Shown one piece after another: positions 1-9,583 of a DNA stretch of 64,000 nucleotides (its first letter is position 1; each line of letters opens with the position of its first letter). The stretch is from an uncultured Chloroflexia bacterium (GTDB lineage: Bacteria; Chloroflexota; Anaerolineae; Anaerolineales; UBA4823): contig CAWIYB010000005.1 of NCBI GenBank assembly GCA_963840255.1, positions 899,406-963,405 on the forward strand, in the 5' to 3' direction. Both the position numbers and the translations under genes were made by a program. The notes below the pieces were generated by a model. The model searched no databases and was not told the origin of the DNA. It saw only the letters and a program-made list of their open reading frames with translations.

Positions 1-560
1 CATCTGATCTGTCGTATGATCGGACGAATATCCCAGCTCAGGTATTCGCTCCGGTGCCAGCCATCGAACCAGTTGTGAAACACCGACTCATATTTGGCGC
101 CATGGGCGTAACATAAACCTGTGCGAAAGTGCTCATCAGTCTCAAACGCGTGTTGAATGCCCAGTATACCCGGTTCCATTCTTGCTTCGACATAAATATG
201 TGCTGCCACAGTGATCAGGCAGGTTACCTCGTCGGGATACTGGGCAGCATAATACAGCGCGATGGTACCACCATCGCTGTGACCCACCAGGGCTGCTCTA
301 CGGACTCCGAGTTGTTCCAACAAGCTGTGGAGGTCATCGATGTCGGTCGCAAAAGTTGGCAGGTCCAAATCCGGCCTGCCATCAGAGCCCCCATATCCCC
401 AACGGTCATAAGCGATAACCTGGTACCCTGCGGCTACCAATGCTGGTATCTGCCCTCGCCATGCCTTGACCGAACCCAACCCGTGGTGCAGTAGCACCAC
501 ACATGGCTTATTTTCCTGACCGTTTCGCTCAACATTCAAGTTGTGACCGTTGATTAGCAT
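1..560 (-). CDS. alpha/beta-fold hydrolase (C-terminal end runs off the left edge of the window)
   Basis: Not in the ORF track because there is no stop in the window. Hand translation of the minus strand from ATG at 560-558 gives MLINGHNLNVERNGQENKPCVVLLHHGLGSVKAWRGQIPALVAAGYQVIAYDRWGYGGSDG...AALVGHSDGGTIALYYAAQYPDEV. The HG oxyanion motif and G-H-S-D-G nucleophile elbow (encoded ~267-284) are the alpha/beta-hydrolase signature. The + ORF 129..494 is its antisense shadow. Confidence 0.8.
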   Translation of the reverse strand, partial: MLINGHNLNVERNGQENKPCVVLLHHGLGSVKAWRGQIPALVAAGYQVIAYDRWGYGGSDGRPDLDLPTFATDIDDLHSLLEQLGVRRAALVGHSDGGTIALYYAAQYPDEVTCLITVAAHIYVEARMEPGILGIQHAFETDEHFRTGLCYAHGAKYESVFHNWFDGWHRSEYLSWDIRPIIRQIR

Positions 561-596
561 AAAGAATCTACACCTGGACACCATCGCTCATATGCA

Positions 597-1400
597 TCAC
601 CCTGTGAACAGGTCGCGCTTGTTGAATGGCGCGGTCAGGAACTTCAACATCATGCGTGAACTCGAGGAATATGCTATTGTCGCACCATTCACCTGGTTTT
701 TTAAGATTTTTTCCACCAGAACTGGTGCAACGGTGTCAGCTCTCTCAGCGATAATATTCAGTATATGCTTGGAATTTTCCAGCTCCTGCTCCCGCCCTTC
801 GAATTGGCGGGTGATCATATCGGTGATTACCATCCCTGGGGCAATCGCACCAATGATCAATGGAGTATGTTCAATCTCTTGCGCCAGTGATTTGTTGATA
901 AAATGCACGCTTGCCTTGGTGCTGCCGTATAACGTCATCCCTTTCATCCTGCTCCCACGCGCCCCGAAGCCTTCCAAGTTATAGAGCGCTCCACCACCCT
1001 GCGCCATCATCCCTGCCAGGGCAACCCTGATCCCATACATCGTTCCAATTACGTTGGTCCGCACCACTTCTTCGTACTGCAAGGGTGTTAGCTCCCAAAA
1101 CTTCATCATGGGTACTGCCATGCCGGCATTATTGATCCAGATATCGATGGTATTAAAATGGTCTTTTGCACTCCCCCACAGCCTCTCCACCTGGATGAAG
1201 TCGGTTACATCACACGGAACACCGTAGATTTGTTCGCGGTTGTGCTTTGCACTTAGTTTTGCAACTGCTTCATCCACCGCTCCCTGTTTACGCCCGTTTA
1301 TGGTGACGCGGCAGCCTCTTTCCAGGAACGCATCTGCCATACTGTAGCCAATCCCGCGTGTGCTGCCGGTGATGACAATCGATTTTGGCTTACTGTTCAT
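597..1400 (-). CDS. short-chain dehydrogenase/reductase (SDR)
   Basis: 267 aa. Rossmann motif [12 protein letters not shown] (TGxxxGxG), NNAG (WINNAGMAV), catalytic YGSTK (YxxxK). The start ATG overlaps the stop of the upstream carboxyltransferase gene (ATGA at 1397-1400), implying co-translation. Confidence 0.85.
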   Translation of the reverse strand: MNSKPKSIVITGSTRGIGYSMADAFLERGCRVTINGRKQGAVDEAVAKLSAKHNREQIYGVPCDVTDFIQVERLWGSAKDHFNTIDIWINNAGMAVPMMKFWELTPLQYEEVVRTNVIGTMYGIRVALAGMMAQGGGALYNLEGFGARGSRMKGMTLYGSTKASVHFINKSLAQEIEHTPLIIGAIAPGMVITDMITRQFEGREQELENSKHILNIIAERADTVAPVLVEKILKNQVNGATIAYSSSSRMMLKFLTAPFNKRDLFTG

Positions 1401-2947
1401 AACGGGATGCAGCCGTGTTTTTTAGGCGGGTTTGAATCACGCTTGTTTGAAAGCATTTCCAACGCATTAATCAGCCGTTGGCGTGTCTCCCAAGGCTCAA
1501 TTACATCATCAATATAACCCCGCGATGCAGCGATATAGGGGTTGGCAAATTTTTCGCGATACTCCTGAACCAGCTCATCCCGTTTTTTATCCGTATCTTC
1601 GGCTTGTGAGAGCTCTTTGCGGAAGATGATATTCACCGCGCCATCCGGTCCCATCACAGCAATCTCTGCCGACGGCCAGGCCAGGTTCACATCCCCACGC
1701 ACGTGCTTACTGCTCATCACATCATATGCCCCGCCGTATGCCTTGCGGGTGATCACGGTAATTTTAGGCACTGTTGCTTCGCAGTATGCGTATAATAATT
1801 TTGAACCCGCTCGGATAATACCGCCGTGCTCCTGGGCTGTTCCCGGTAGGAAGCCCGGAACGTCTACGAATGTAACGATCGGAATATTGAACGCATCGCA
1901 GAATCTCACAAAGCGCGCAGCTTTTTCAGATGATTTGATGTCCAATACACCTGCCAATACCATCGGCTGGTTCGCTACAATCCCCACACTGTGACCCCCC
2001 AGCCTGGCGAATCCAATGACGATGTTCTGCGCGTACGCTTCCTGGATTTCAAAGAAGATGCTGCCATCCACTACCATGCGGATGGCTTCTTTAATGTCAT
2101 AAGGCTTGCTTGGGTCGTCCGGGACAATCGAGTTTAATCGCTCATCCATCCGAAGTGGGTCATCATCAATGCTCACGAAAGGCGGGTCTTCCATATTATT
2201 CTGCGGGATGTATGAGAGCAGCTTGCGGATCAGATACAGCGCGTCCGGTTCAGAATCCGAAGCTAAGTGGCACACGCCGGAAATTTCGGAATGTACGTCA
2301 GCACCACCCAATTCTTCAAATGTTACTTCTTCATGAGTCACGGCTTTAACTACATCAGGTCCGGTTATGAACATGTATGACGATTTCCGCACCATGATAA
2401 TGAAATCTGTCAGCGCTGGTGAATACACCGCTCCACCTGCACATGGACCCATGATCACACTGATCTGAGGGATGACACCTGACACCAGGGTGTTGCGTAG
2501 GAAAATATCCGCATATCCACCCAAGGACACAACACCCTCCTGGATGCGAGCCCCACCCGAATCATCCAATCCAATCACCGGAGCCCCATTCTTAAGCGCC
2601 ATATCCATGATTTTGCAGATCTTCGCTGAATGCACTTCCCCCAGGCTGCCTCCAAATACGGTGAAATCCTGCGAAAATATGTATACCAGCCTATCCTCGA
2701 TTGTTCCCCAACCGGTGACTACGCTGTCTCCGAGATATTTCTGCCGGTCGAGATTAAAATCACTCGTCCGGTGAGTCACAAATGCGTCCACCTCACGGAA
2801 TGAGCCTTTGTCCAGCAGCAAGTCAATCCGTTCCCGTGCGGTCAAACGGCCTCGATCGTGTTGGGCTTTAATCCGCTCGGCACCACCCCCAAGGCGTCCC
2901 TTGGTTTTTGTCTCTCTCAGCCGTCTTATTTTGGGATCATCTGTCAT
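1397..2947 (-). CDS. pccB: acyl-CoA carboxylase carboxyltransferase beta subunit (propionyl-CoA carboxylase beta / methylmalonyl-CoA carboxyltransferase family)
   Basis: 516 aa, the length typical of the family. Blocks such as [63 protein letters not shown] and [29 protein letters not shown] are as I recall for PccB/AccD5-type enzymes. Substrate specificity cannot be read from sequence. Confidence 0.85.
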   Translation of the reverse strand: MTDDPKIRRLRETKTKGRLGGGAERIKAQHDRGRLTARERIDLLLDKGSFREVDAFVTHRTSDFNLDRQKYLGDSVVTGWGTIEDRLVYIFSQDFTVFGGSLGEVHSAKICKIMDMALKNGAPVIGLDDSGGARIQEGVVSLGGYADIFLRNTLVSGVIPQISVIMGPCAGGAVYSPALTDFIIMVRKSSYMFITGPDVVKAVTHEEVTFEELGGADVHSEISGVCHLASDSEPDALYLIRKLLSYIPQNNMEDPPFVSIDDDPLRMDERLNSIVPDDPSKPYDIKEAIRMVVDGSIFFEIQEAYAQNIVIGFARLGGHSVGIVANQPMVLAGVLDIKSSEKAARFVRFCDAFNIPIVTFVDVPGFLPGTAQEHGGIIRAGSKLLYAYCEATVPKITVITRKAYGGAYDVMSSKHVRGDVNLAWPSAEIAVMGPDGAVNIIFRKELSQAEDTDKKRDELVQEYREKFANPYIAASRGYIDDVIEPWETRQRLINALEMLSNKRDSNPPKKHGCIPL

Positions 2948-2987
2948 ACGACGTCTCCCACAGCCATGGATATCTTAAGGATGTATT

Positions 2988-3569
2988 TCAGGCTGCGTTA
3001 TCATTTTCTCGATTGCCTTTATCCTTACCTGCCTGGTCATTAACGATATCGGCATTAGCAACACCAAAATATGCTTTTACTTTCGCGCGACCCAGCGTCC
3101 AGGTCATGAATACCAGGCAGATTACGGTCACTCCAGCTGAAAACTGCCAGTTGGTTGGCAGCATCAGCTGGAAAATATCTGTTGCTCCGCTCACCGGGTG
3201 ATCCATCAAAAAGATATGGTCCATCCAGTAATACAGCGCATAGGTAAGCCCAACTGCTTGCATTAGCTTGGGCGCCCATTTCTTCGCTCTCCACAACCCC
3301 CATATTAAGAACAGTCCTGCCGCACTCCAAATCAATCCAGTCAGGGCAAGGTAAATTGGGGAGATCCCCGAACGAGAGCTTAGAAAACTCCAATACCTTA
3401 TACTCAGCCCTAGTCTGATAAAGTTGATGACTGTGATGATTAACACCCCCAGTGCCAGCAAGGTTACGCTCCACGGACGTTTGTTAATCGGAGACCGAAT
3501 CTCCGCCTGGGGCACGGCCGCTTCGTTGGGTGTTTGCGAGCTATCCATAGCTGATAAATTCCAAGTCAA
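2988..3569 (-). CDS. integral membrane protein, unknown function
   Basis: 193-aa ORF with about 5 hydrophobic helices (e.g. WSVTLLALGVLIITVINFI, LTGLIWSAAGLFLIWGLW). The ORF-track start is TTG at 3569, directly abutting the stop of the upstream ADH gene. An ATG alternative (MDSSQ...) lies at 3548. Confidence 0.6.
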   Translation of the reverse strand: MTWNLSAMDSSQTPNEAAVPQAEIRSPINKRPWSVTLLALGVLIITVINFIRLGLSIRYWSFLSSRSGISPIYLALTGLIWSAAGLFLIWGLWRAKKWAPKLMQAVGLTYALYYWMDHIFLMDHPVSGATDIFQLMLPTNWQFSAGVTVICLVFMTWTLGRAKVKAYFGVANADIVNDQAGKDKGNRENDNAA

Positions 3570-4613
3570 TTACTCGATGGTCAAGGTGATTTTACCGCAC
3601 TGCTTACCCTGCTCGAGGTGTTCTTGTGCAGCGCGCACATCCTTTAACGGGTAGTCACGATCCAAGACAGGGTTAAGTTTACCTGCAAAGACCAAATCCA
3701 TAACGGTGGAAAAATCAGCCCGGGTCCCCATCGATGAGCCGAGCACCGACAGGTGTTTGCCGAATATCTGCCGGTTATCAATCTCGAATTTCGCCCCACC
3801 CGAGTTACCCACCGTCAGGATGCGCCCGCCTTTGGCAGCCGCCCGAAAGCTTAGTGGGAAGGTCGTCCCAACATTATCTACCACCACATCCACCCCACGC
3901 TTCGCTGTCAGGCTGAAGACGGTCTTAGACCAGTTCTCTTCCTTTGAACGGTCGATGAGGTAATCTGCTCCCAATGCTTCGGCCAGGTTGAGTTTTTCAA
4001 TGTCAGAGCCGACCACATACACTGTCGCTCCACCCAGCTTGGCTATCTGTATGCTGGCGGTATTCACACCACCAGAAGCACCCACCACCAACACACTCTC
4101 GCCAGGCTTCAATCCACCGCGAACGATCAGTGAGTGCCAGGCAGTATGAAATACAAGCGCCGCAGCTGCTGCTTTGTGGGTGTCAAAATCAGGCGGTATC
4201 GAATAAAGGTTGGTTGCCGGAATAGATATATACTGCGCGTAAGTACCCCGTACCGTCTCGCCCAACAAATGCCAGTCACGGCAGCGGTTATCTTGTCCGG
4301 CAATACAGGCCGGGCAGTGACCACAGCCAAGGTTCGAATTGATCACCACCCTGTCACCGATATTCCACATAGTTACACCCGCACCCAGCGCTGCCACTAT
4401 CCCAGCTCCATCTGATCCGGGGATGTGCGGGTATTGCAGTTTTATGCCAGGCCATCCAACGCGGGTCCAGATATCCACCCGGTTGAGTGCAGCTGCCTCT
4501 AGTTTTACCAGCACCTGTCCCTCTGCCGGCTCAGGCGTTGGGAAGTCTGTATATTCAAGCACCTCCAGCCCGCCATGCGTCTTAAATAACACAGCTTTCA
4601 TCAGCTTCTCCAC
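3570..4613 (-). CDS. zinc-dependent alcohol dehydrogenase / MDR-family oxidoreductase
   Basis: 347 aa. GroES-like N-terminal domain with PGSDGAG and a structural-zinc Cys cluster GCGHCPACIAGQDNRC. Rossmann motif VVGASGGVNTASIQIAK. Confidence 0.85.
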   Translation of the reverse strand: MEKLMKAVLFKTHGGLEVLEYTDFPTPEPAEGQVLVKLEAAALNRVDIWTRVGWPGIKLQYPHIPGSDGAGIVAALGAGVTMWNIGDRVVINSNLGCGHCPACIAGQDNRCRDWHLLGETVRGTYAQYISIPATNLYSIPPDFDTHKAAAAALVFHTAWHSLIVRGGLKPGESVLVVGASGGVNTASIQIAKLGGATVYVVGSDIEKLNLAEALGADYLIDRSKEENWSKTVFSLTAKRGVDVVVDNVGTTFPLSFRAAAKGGRILTVGNSGGAKFEIDNRQIFGKHLSVLGSSMGTRADFSTVMDLVFAGKLNPVLDRDYPLKDVRAAQEHLEQGKQCGKITLTIE

Positions 4614-4916
4614 AATATAATTTCATTAGAAGAGGATATCAAGCGAATTACTAAATGCTGAGTGTCTGCTCAGCAACAACATCTGCAGCCTGGCTGAAAT
4701 AATCCATAATTTTGTATCATTGCCTTCTGGCCTCTGGTCTTAAGTCGATCTGTAATGCAGGAACCTGATCCGGGAGTCAGTGGGGTGAGTGATACGAAGG
4801 TTGCCGGGTTAGATGCCATGGATGCGTTCAGTGTTCGAATAAGTGTACCTTCACTTTAAGCAGAGGTAAGGATTGGACGCAATCTGTTCTTTTTATACCA
4901 GAATCCCTATCCAAAC

Positions 4917-6101
4917 CTATCGTAGTCCAAGCTCCATCCTTGAAATGACCAGGCGTTGGATCTCGCTCGTTCCCTCGTATATTTCAGTGATCTTGGCATC
5001 TCTAAAGTAACGTTCTACAGGCAGCTCCTTGCTGTAACCCATTCCACCATGGATCTGCACGGCTGAATGAGCCACGAACATGGCCGTCTCGGAGGCGAAC
5101 AGCTTAGCCATGGCGGCTTCCCGAGTAAAACGCTCACCGGTGGTCTTGGCACGCTCCTTTGCCAGGGCTGCGTTATACACCAGCAAACGTGAGGCTTCTA
5201 TTCGTGTCTTCATGTCAGCAATCTTGAATGAGATGCCTTGAAACTCGCCAATCCTGGAGCCGAAGGCTTCCCGCTCCCTGGCGTAGGTTACACTGGCTTC
5301 ATAAGCCGCCTCGGCGATCCCCAATGCCTGGGCTGCAATCCCAATCCGCCCTGCGTCCAGCACTGCCATGGCGATCTTGAAACCGTCACCCTCTTCACCC
5401 AGGCGGTCTTCCATGGAGCAGCGGTAATCCTCAAATAGAATCTCGCTCGTTGCGGATGCGCGGATACCCAGCTTGGGTTCCTTCTTTCCCCGCACGAATC
5501 CAGGTTTGTTCGTATCGATCAGGAACGCACTGATCCCGCGGTGCTGCTTATCAGGGTCGGTCATGGTGAACATCACCACGTAATCTGCCACTGGTCCACT
5601 TGTCACCCACGACTTACGCCCATTGATGACATACCCCTCCCCATCTCGAACTGCCCGGCTGCGCATCGTCCCAGCATCCGATCCGGACATCGGCTCGGTG
5701 AGAGAATAGGCTCCAATTGCCTTGCCTGAAGCGACGGCGGTCACATACTTTTGTTTTTGGGCCTCGGTTCCAAACTTCAGTATGCCGTTGCAAAACAGGC
5801 TGTTATTCACCGACATGATGGTGCCGTGGGCAGCATCGACTTTGCATATTTCCTCGAGTGCCAGGACGTAAGCCAGGGTATCCATCCCTGCCCCGCCGTA
5901 GTCTTCGGGCACCTCGATCCCCATGAAACCCATTTCTCCCATCTTCTTGATCGTCTTGGAAGGAAATTCACCGGTCTCGTCGAACTCCGCCGCAACCGGC
6001 GCGATTTCTTTTTGCGCAAAATTACGCGCCGCCATACGGATGCTCTCGTGCTCTTCGGTAAACGGAAATAATAATCCACTGCCAGCCATCGTATCCTCCA
6101 C
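4917..6101 (-). CDS. acyl-CoA dehydrogenase (short/medium-chain type)
   Basis: 394 aa. Motifs YSLTEPMSGSDAG and QIHGGMGYSKELPVERYFRDAKITEIYEGTSEIQR (C-terminal catalytic Glu region) are typical ACAD signatures. The real start may be the second or third Met (MAGSG...). Confidence 0.9.
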   Translation of the reverse strand: MEDTMAGSGLLFPFTEEHESIRMAARNFAQKEIAPVAAEFDETGEFPSKTIKKMGEMGFMGIEVPEDYGGAGMDTLAYVLALEEICKVDAAHGTIMSVNNSLFCNGILKFGTEAQKQKYVTAVASGKAIGAYSLTEPMSGSDAGTMRSRAVRDGEGYVINGRKSWVTSGPVADYVVMFTMTDPDKQHRGISAFLIDTNKPGFVRGKKEPKLGIRASATSEILFEDYRCSMEDRLGEEGDGFKIAMAVLDAGRIGIAAQALGIAEAAYEASVTYAREREAFGSRIGEFQGISFKIADMKTRIEASRLLVYNAALAKERAKTTGERFTREAAMAKLFASETAMFVAHSAVQIHGGMGYSKELPVERYFRDAKITEIYEGTSEIQRLVISRMELGLR

Positions 6102-6232
6102 ATCAAGTGTAAGTAGGAATGATCGTGATTATAGCATGGGACATATCTTTCCTAATATTGGGCCTGATTGCACCCTGCCTTAAAAGCAGGAGTGGTATAT
6201 ACTATAGATAGAGCAGGTTTTGTTTCATCGGT

Positions 6233-8077
6233 ATGCTGTCCAGGATCAAAAACGCACTCATCGGCTCCCCCCTTCCCACCGCACAGCTGGGCGAGAAACG
6301 CCTGAATAAAATCCGGGCGTTGGCAGCCTTCTCTCCAGATGCCCTCTCCTCAATCGCATATGCTAACCAGGAAATTTACCTCGGATTGGTAGTTGCCGGT
6401 AGTGCCGGCTTGTTGTTGGCATGGCCGATAGGCATAGCCATTACTATCCTTCTAGCGGCTGTCGCTTTGTCTTATTACCAGACCATCCAGGGTTACCCAT
6501 CAGGCGGCGGTTCCTACGTTGTAGCGCGCGAGAATTTAGGCACCCTGCCCGGTTTAGTAGCAGCAGCTGCACTGTTAATCGATTACCTGCTGACCGCCGC
6601 AGTCAGCCTAACGGCTGGGGTGGAAGCCATCGCCTCCGCATTCCCAGCACTCTATGGTATAAGGATCGAAATTGCACTGGTTTTACTCCTCATTATAACC
6701 ATCGCCAACTTGCGCGGCTTACGCGAGACTGGTACTTTGATGTCCATCCCGGTGTATTTATTCCTGTTCACCTATCTACCTATGTTGCTGTACGGGATGA
6801 TTACTTTATTCACCCATGGACGGGTCCCGATTGCTTCTGTAGCACCTCCGGCAACGCAACCGCTAACCCTTTTCTTGGTCATGCATGCCTTCGCGACTGG
6901 TTGTACTGCCCTGACTGGCATCGAAGCCATAAGTAATGGCGTCCCTTCATTCAAGCCTCCCGAATCAAAGAACGCCGGGCAAACACTGATCGTGATGGCG
7001 GTCCTAATGGCTATCCTGTTCGCTGGGAGCATTGGTTTAACCCAATTCCTGGGTATCATTGCCGGTCCACAGGAGACTATTCTCTCCGCTTTAGCACGAA
7101 GCTTGCTCGGAAGCGGACCGGCATATTTCCTCATCCAGGTCTCTACCCTTCTCATCCTGGCGGTGGCTGCCAATACCAGCTTTGCGGGTTTTCCACGCCT
7201 GGCGGCTATCCTGGCCAAGGATGGGTTCCTTCCTCGCCAGTTTACCGGCCTGGGTGACCGCCTCGTCTTTAACAATGGAATCATTTCACTAGCGATAGCC
7301 ACAGGTGTTTTGATCATCCTTTTCGGTGGGAAAAGCCACCTTTTGATACCACTATTTGCTGTAGGCGTTTTCATGGCGTTTACTCTTTCACAAGCCGGGA
7401 TGGTGAGGCATTGGTGGCGTGATCGTAAGGATAACTTACGCTGGCTTCCAAAAGCGGCCATCAATGGTTTCGGTGCGCTTGCTACATTTGCCACACTACT
7501 CATCGTCGGTATCAGCAAATTCCGGGAAGGCGCCTGGATCGTTATATTGCTTATCCCGATCATCGTCGTTGTCTTCCAGCGCATCCACCAACACTACCAG
7601 GATGTGGGTAAACAGCTCTCTTTGCGTGGTCTTCCTCCTGATATTAAACCCTCCCCGCCCATGCGCCTGGTTGTGCCTGTCTCAGGGGTGCACCGCGGTA
7701 TCATCGACGCCATGGACCTGGCTCAATCCATCTCGAAGGATATCACCGCCGTTTATATCGAGCTTGAACCCGGATCAGGCGAGCAGATGCGCAAGGAATG
7801 GGAATGCTGGTGGCCGGATATACCCCTGGTTGTTCTGCCCTCACCCTATCGCTCGATCATACAACCGCTTCTCGATTACCTGGACGAAGATGACCGCCAG
7901 CACAACGATGGCACATTGGCGGCAGTGGTGCTGCCTGAATTCGTTCCTGCCCGCTGGTGGCATCAGCTACTGCACAACCAGACTTCCCTGCTGCTCAAAG
8001 CTGCTTTGCTCTACCGCCGACGTACACAGGGCTTCCAGCGCATCATCATCGACGTCCCCTACCATCTTAAGAAATAA
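6233..8077 (+). CDS. APC-superfamily amino acid/polyamine permease with a ~170-aa cytoplasmic C-terminal extension
   Basis: 614 aa. About 12 predicted TM helices followed by a soluble tail. The N-terminal region (LSSIAYANQEIY, GGGSYVVARENLG) resembles APC permeases. Confidence 0.75.
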   Translation: MLSRIKNALIGSPLPTAQLGEKRLNKIRALAAFSPDALSSIAYANQEIYLGLVVAGSAGLLLAWPIGIAITILLAAVALSYYQTIQGYPSGGGSYVVARENLGTLPGLVAAAALLIDYLLTAAVSLTAGVEAIASAFPALYGIRIEIALVLLLIITIANLRGLRETGTLMSIPVYLFLFTYLPMLLYGMITLFTHGRVPIASVAPPATQPLTLFLVMHAFATGCTALTGIEAISNGVPSFKPPESKNAGQTLIVMAVLMAILFAGSIGLTQFLGIIAGPQETILSALARSLLGSGPAYFLIQVSTLLILAVAANTSFAGFPRLAAILAKDGFLPRQFTGLGDRLVFNNGIISLAIATGVLIILFGGKSHLLIPLFAVGVFMAFTLSQAGMVRHWWRDRKDNLRWLPKAAINGFGALATFATLLIVGISKFREGAWIVILLIPIIVVVFQRIHQHYQDVGKQLSLRGLPPDIKPSPPMRLVVPVSGVHRGIIDAMDLAQSISKDITAVYIELEPGSGEQMRKEWECWWPDIPLVVLPSPYRSIIQPLLDYLDEDDRQHNDGTLAAVVLPEFVPARWWHQLLHNQTSLLLKAALLYRRRTQGFQRIIIDVPYHLKK

Positions 8078-8095
8078 CCAAGGAGCTTGTAAACT

Positions 8096-8920
8096 ATGAA
8101 AATCCTCATTGCCGCCGATATGGAAGGCATCACGGGTGTGACCAACTGGGACCAGGTTGACCCAAACCATGCCGAATACCCACGCTTCCGCCGCTTAATG
8201 ACCAGCGATGTAAACGCGGCCGTGCGGGGTGCGTGCGAAGCCGGGGCCAAAGAGATCCTGGTCACCGACGGGCACGATCGGGGCACGAACATCCTGATCG
8301 AAGACCTCGACCCATGCGCCCACCTGGTCAGCGGAGACTACTCCCCCTTAGCCATGGTGCAGGGTATCGACCAGGGGATCGATGGGCTGATCTTTGTTGG
8401 CTATCATGCCCGGGCTGGCTCGCAGAATGCCATTCTTGACCACACCTGGTCCAGCCGTAGGGTGGCTAACCTGTGGTTGAATGACGTCCTGGTGGGCGAA
8501 TATGGGTTGAATGGTGCCGTAGCAGGTCATTTTAACGTCCCCGTGCTCATGCTCAGTGGAGATCAGACTGCCTGCGCCCAGGCTACCGAGCTTCTCGGTC
8601 CGATCGAGACGGTGATGGTGAAGACTGCCGTCAGCCGCATGGCTGCTGAGTGTTTCCCACCGCAGATCACTGAAGAGCTCATCCAATCGACTGCAAGGCA
8701 GGCAGTGAAACGCTTGCAGGCAGGGGAGGCACCAAAACCATTCACCGTCACTGTACCCGTACACGTCACTATCGACTTCAACTCCTCCGACCAGGCAGAC
8801 CAGGCTTCCATGCTGCCTGGTTCCAAGCGCTGGGACGGCAGGCGGCTGACCTTTACCAGTGAGGATATGCTGTCGGCATATTTTGCCTTCCAGGCAGCAG
8901 TGGCGCTGGTAGGGATATAG
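8096..8920 (+). CDS. dppA: M55-family D-aminopeptidase (DppA-like)
   Basis: 274 aa. The N-terminus MKILIAADMEGITGV and later GYHARAGS are the hallmark blocks of peptidase family M55. Confidence 0.75.
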   Translation: MKILIAADMEGITGVTNWDQVDPNHAEYPRFRRLMTSDVNAAVRGACEAGAKEILVTDGHDRGTNILIEDLDPCAHLVSGDYSPLAMVQGIDQGIDGLIFVGYHARAGSQNAILDHTWSSRRVANLWLNDVLVGEYGLNGAVAGHFNVPVLMLSGDQTACAQATELLGPIETVMVKTAVSRMAAECFPPQITEELIQSTARQAVKRLQAGEAPKPFTVTVPVHVTIDFNSSDQADQASMLPGSKRWDGRRLTFTSEDMLSAYFAFQAAVALVGI

Positions 8921-8928
8921 ATCGCAAC

Positions 8929-9468
8929 ATGCAGCTTTTTACCATCGGTCACAGCAACCATCCAATCGACGTATTCAACCAGCTGCTGTTCGACCACGAG
9001 ATCGCTTGCCTGGTGGACGTAAGAAGTGCACCTTACAGCCGCTTCCATCCCCAGTACAACAAAAATGCCCTCCAGCAGGTTATGCAGGCGCATGGCATCG
9101 AATATACCTGGGCGGGTGAATCGCTGGGAGGCCGTCCGAAAGACCCTGCCTGTTATAAGCATCATACTATCCCAGTCAAAGCTGCCGATTATATCAACGA
9201 ACTCAGCTATCCAGCAGTAATGCAGCGCCCCTGGTTCATCGAGGGCATCCAGCACCTGCTTGTACTGGCAGGTCAGCAAACCACCTGCATCCTGTGCGCT
9301 GAAAAGGACCCCGCCAACTGCCACCGCCACCACCTCATCACCGGCTACCTGCTGATGGAATACCCTCAAGTGACCATACAGCACATCCTGGCGGACAGCA
9401 GTCTGGTCGATGCACGCTCCATCCACAGCCTGGATGATCCACCAAGCGGACAGAAGTTAGCATATTAG
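8929..9468 (+). CDS. DUF488-family protein
   Basis: 179 aa. The N-terminus MQLFTIGHSNHPIDVFNQLL...VDVRSAPYSRF and the late CAEKDPANCHRHH block match my recollection of DUF488. It starts 9 nt after dppA. Confidence 0.65.
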   Translation: MQLFTIGHSNHPIDVFNQLLFDHEIACLVDVRSAPYSRFHPQYNKNALQQVMQAHGIEYTWAGESLGGRPKDPACYKHHTIPVKAADYINELSYPAVMQRPWFIEGIQHLLVLAGQQTTCILCAEKDPANCHRHHLITGYLLMEYPQVTIQHILADSSLVDARSIHSLDDPPSGQKLAY

Positions 9469-9583
9469 GCAGTCTACCCAACCTGACCATGGGGTGCGTA
9501 AAGGTCGATACAAGCCTGCCTCAATCGCTTGCCGCTCTCAATTTCCCTTAAACTAACTATGCTATAATCCCCCCGCAGAAAGG

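Noticed and set aside
129-494. 121-aa + strand ORF at the left edge
   Set aside because: It lies antisense to a much better-supported alpha/beta hydrolase reading frame (GHSDG nucleophile elbow, HG motif) on the minus strand. Its own translation has no recognisable features.
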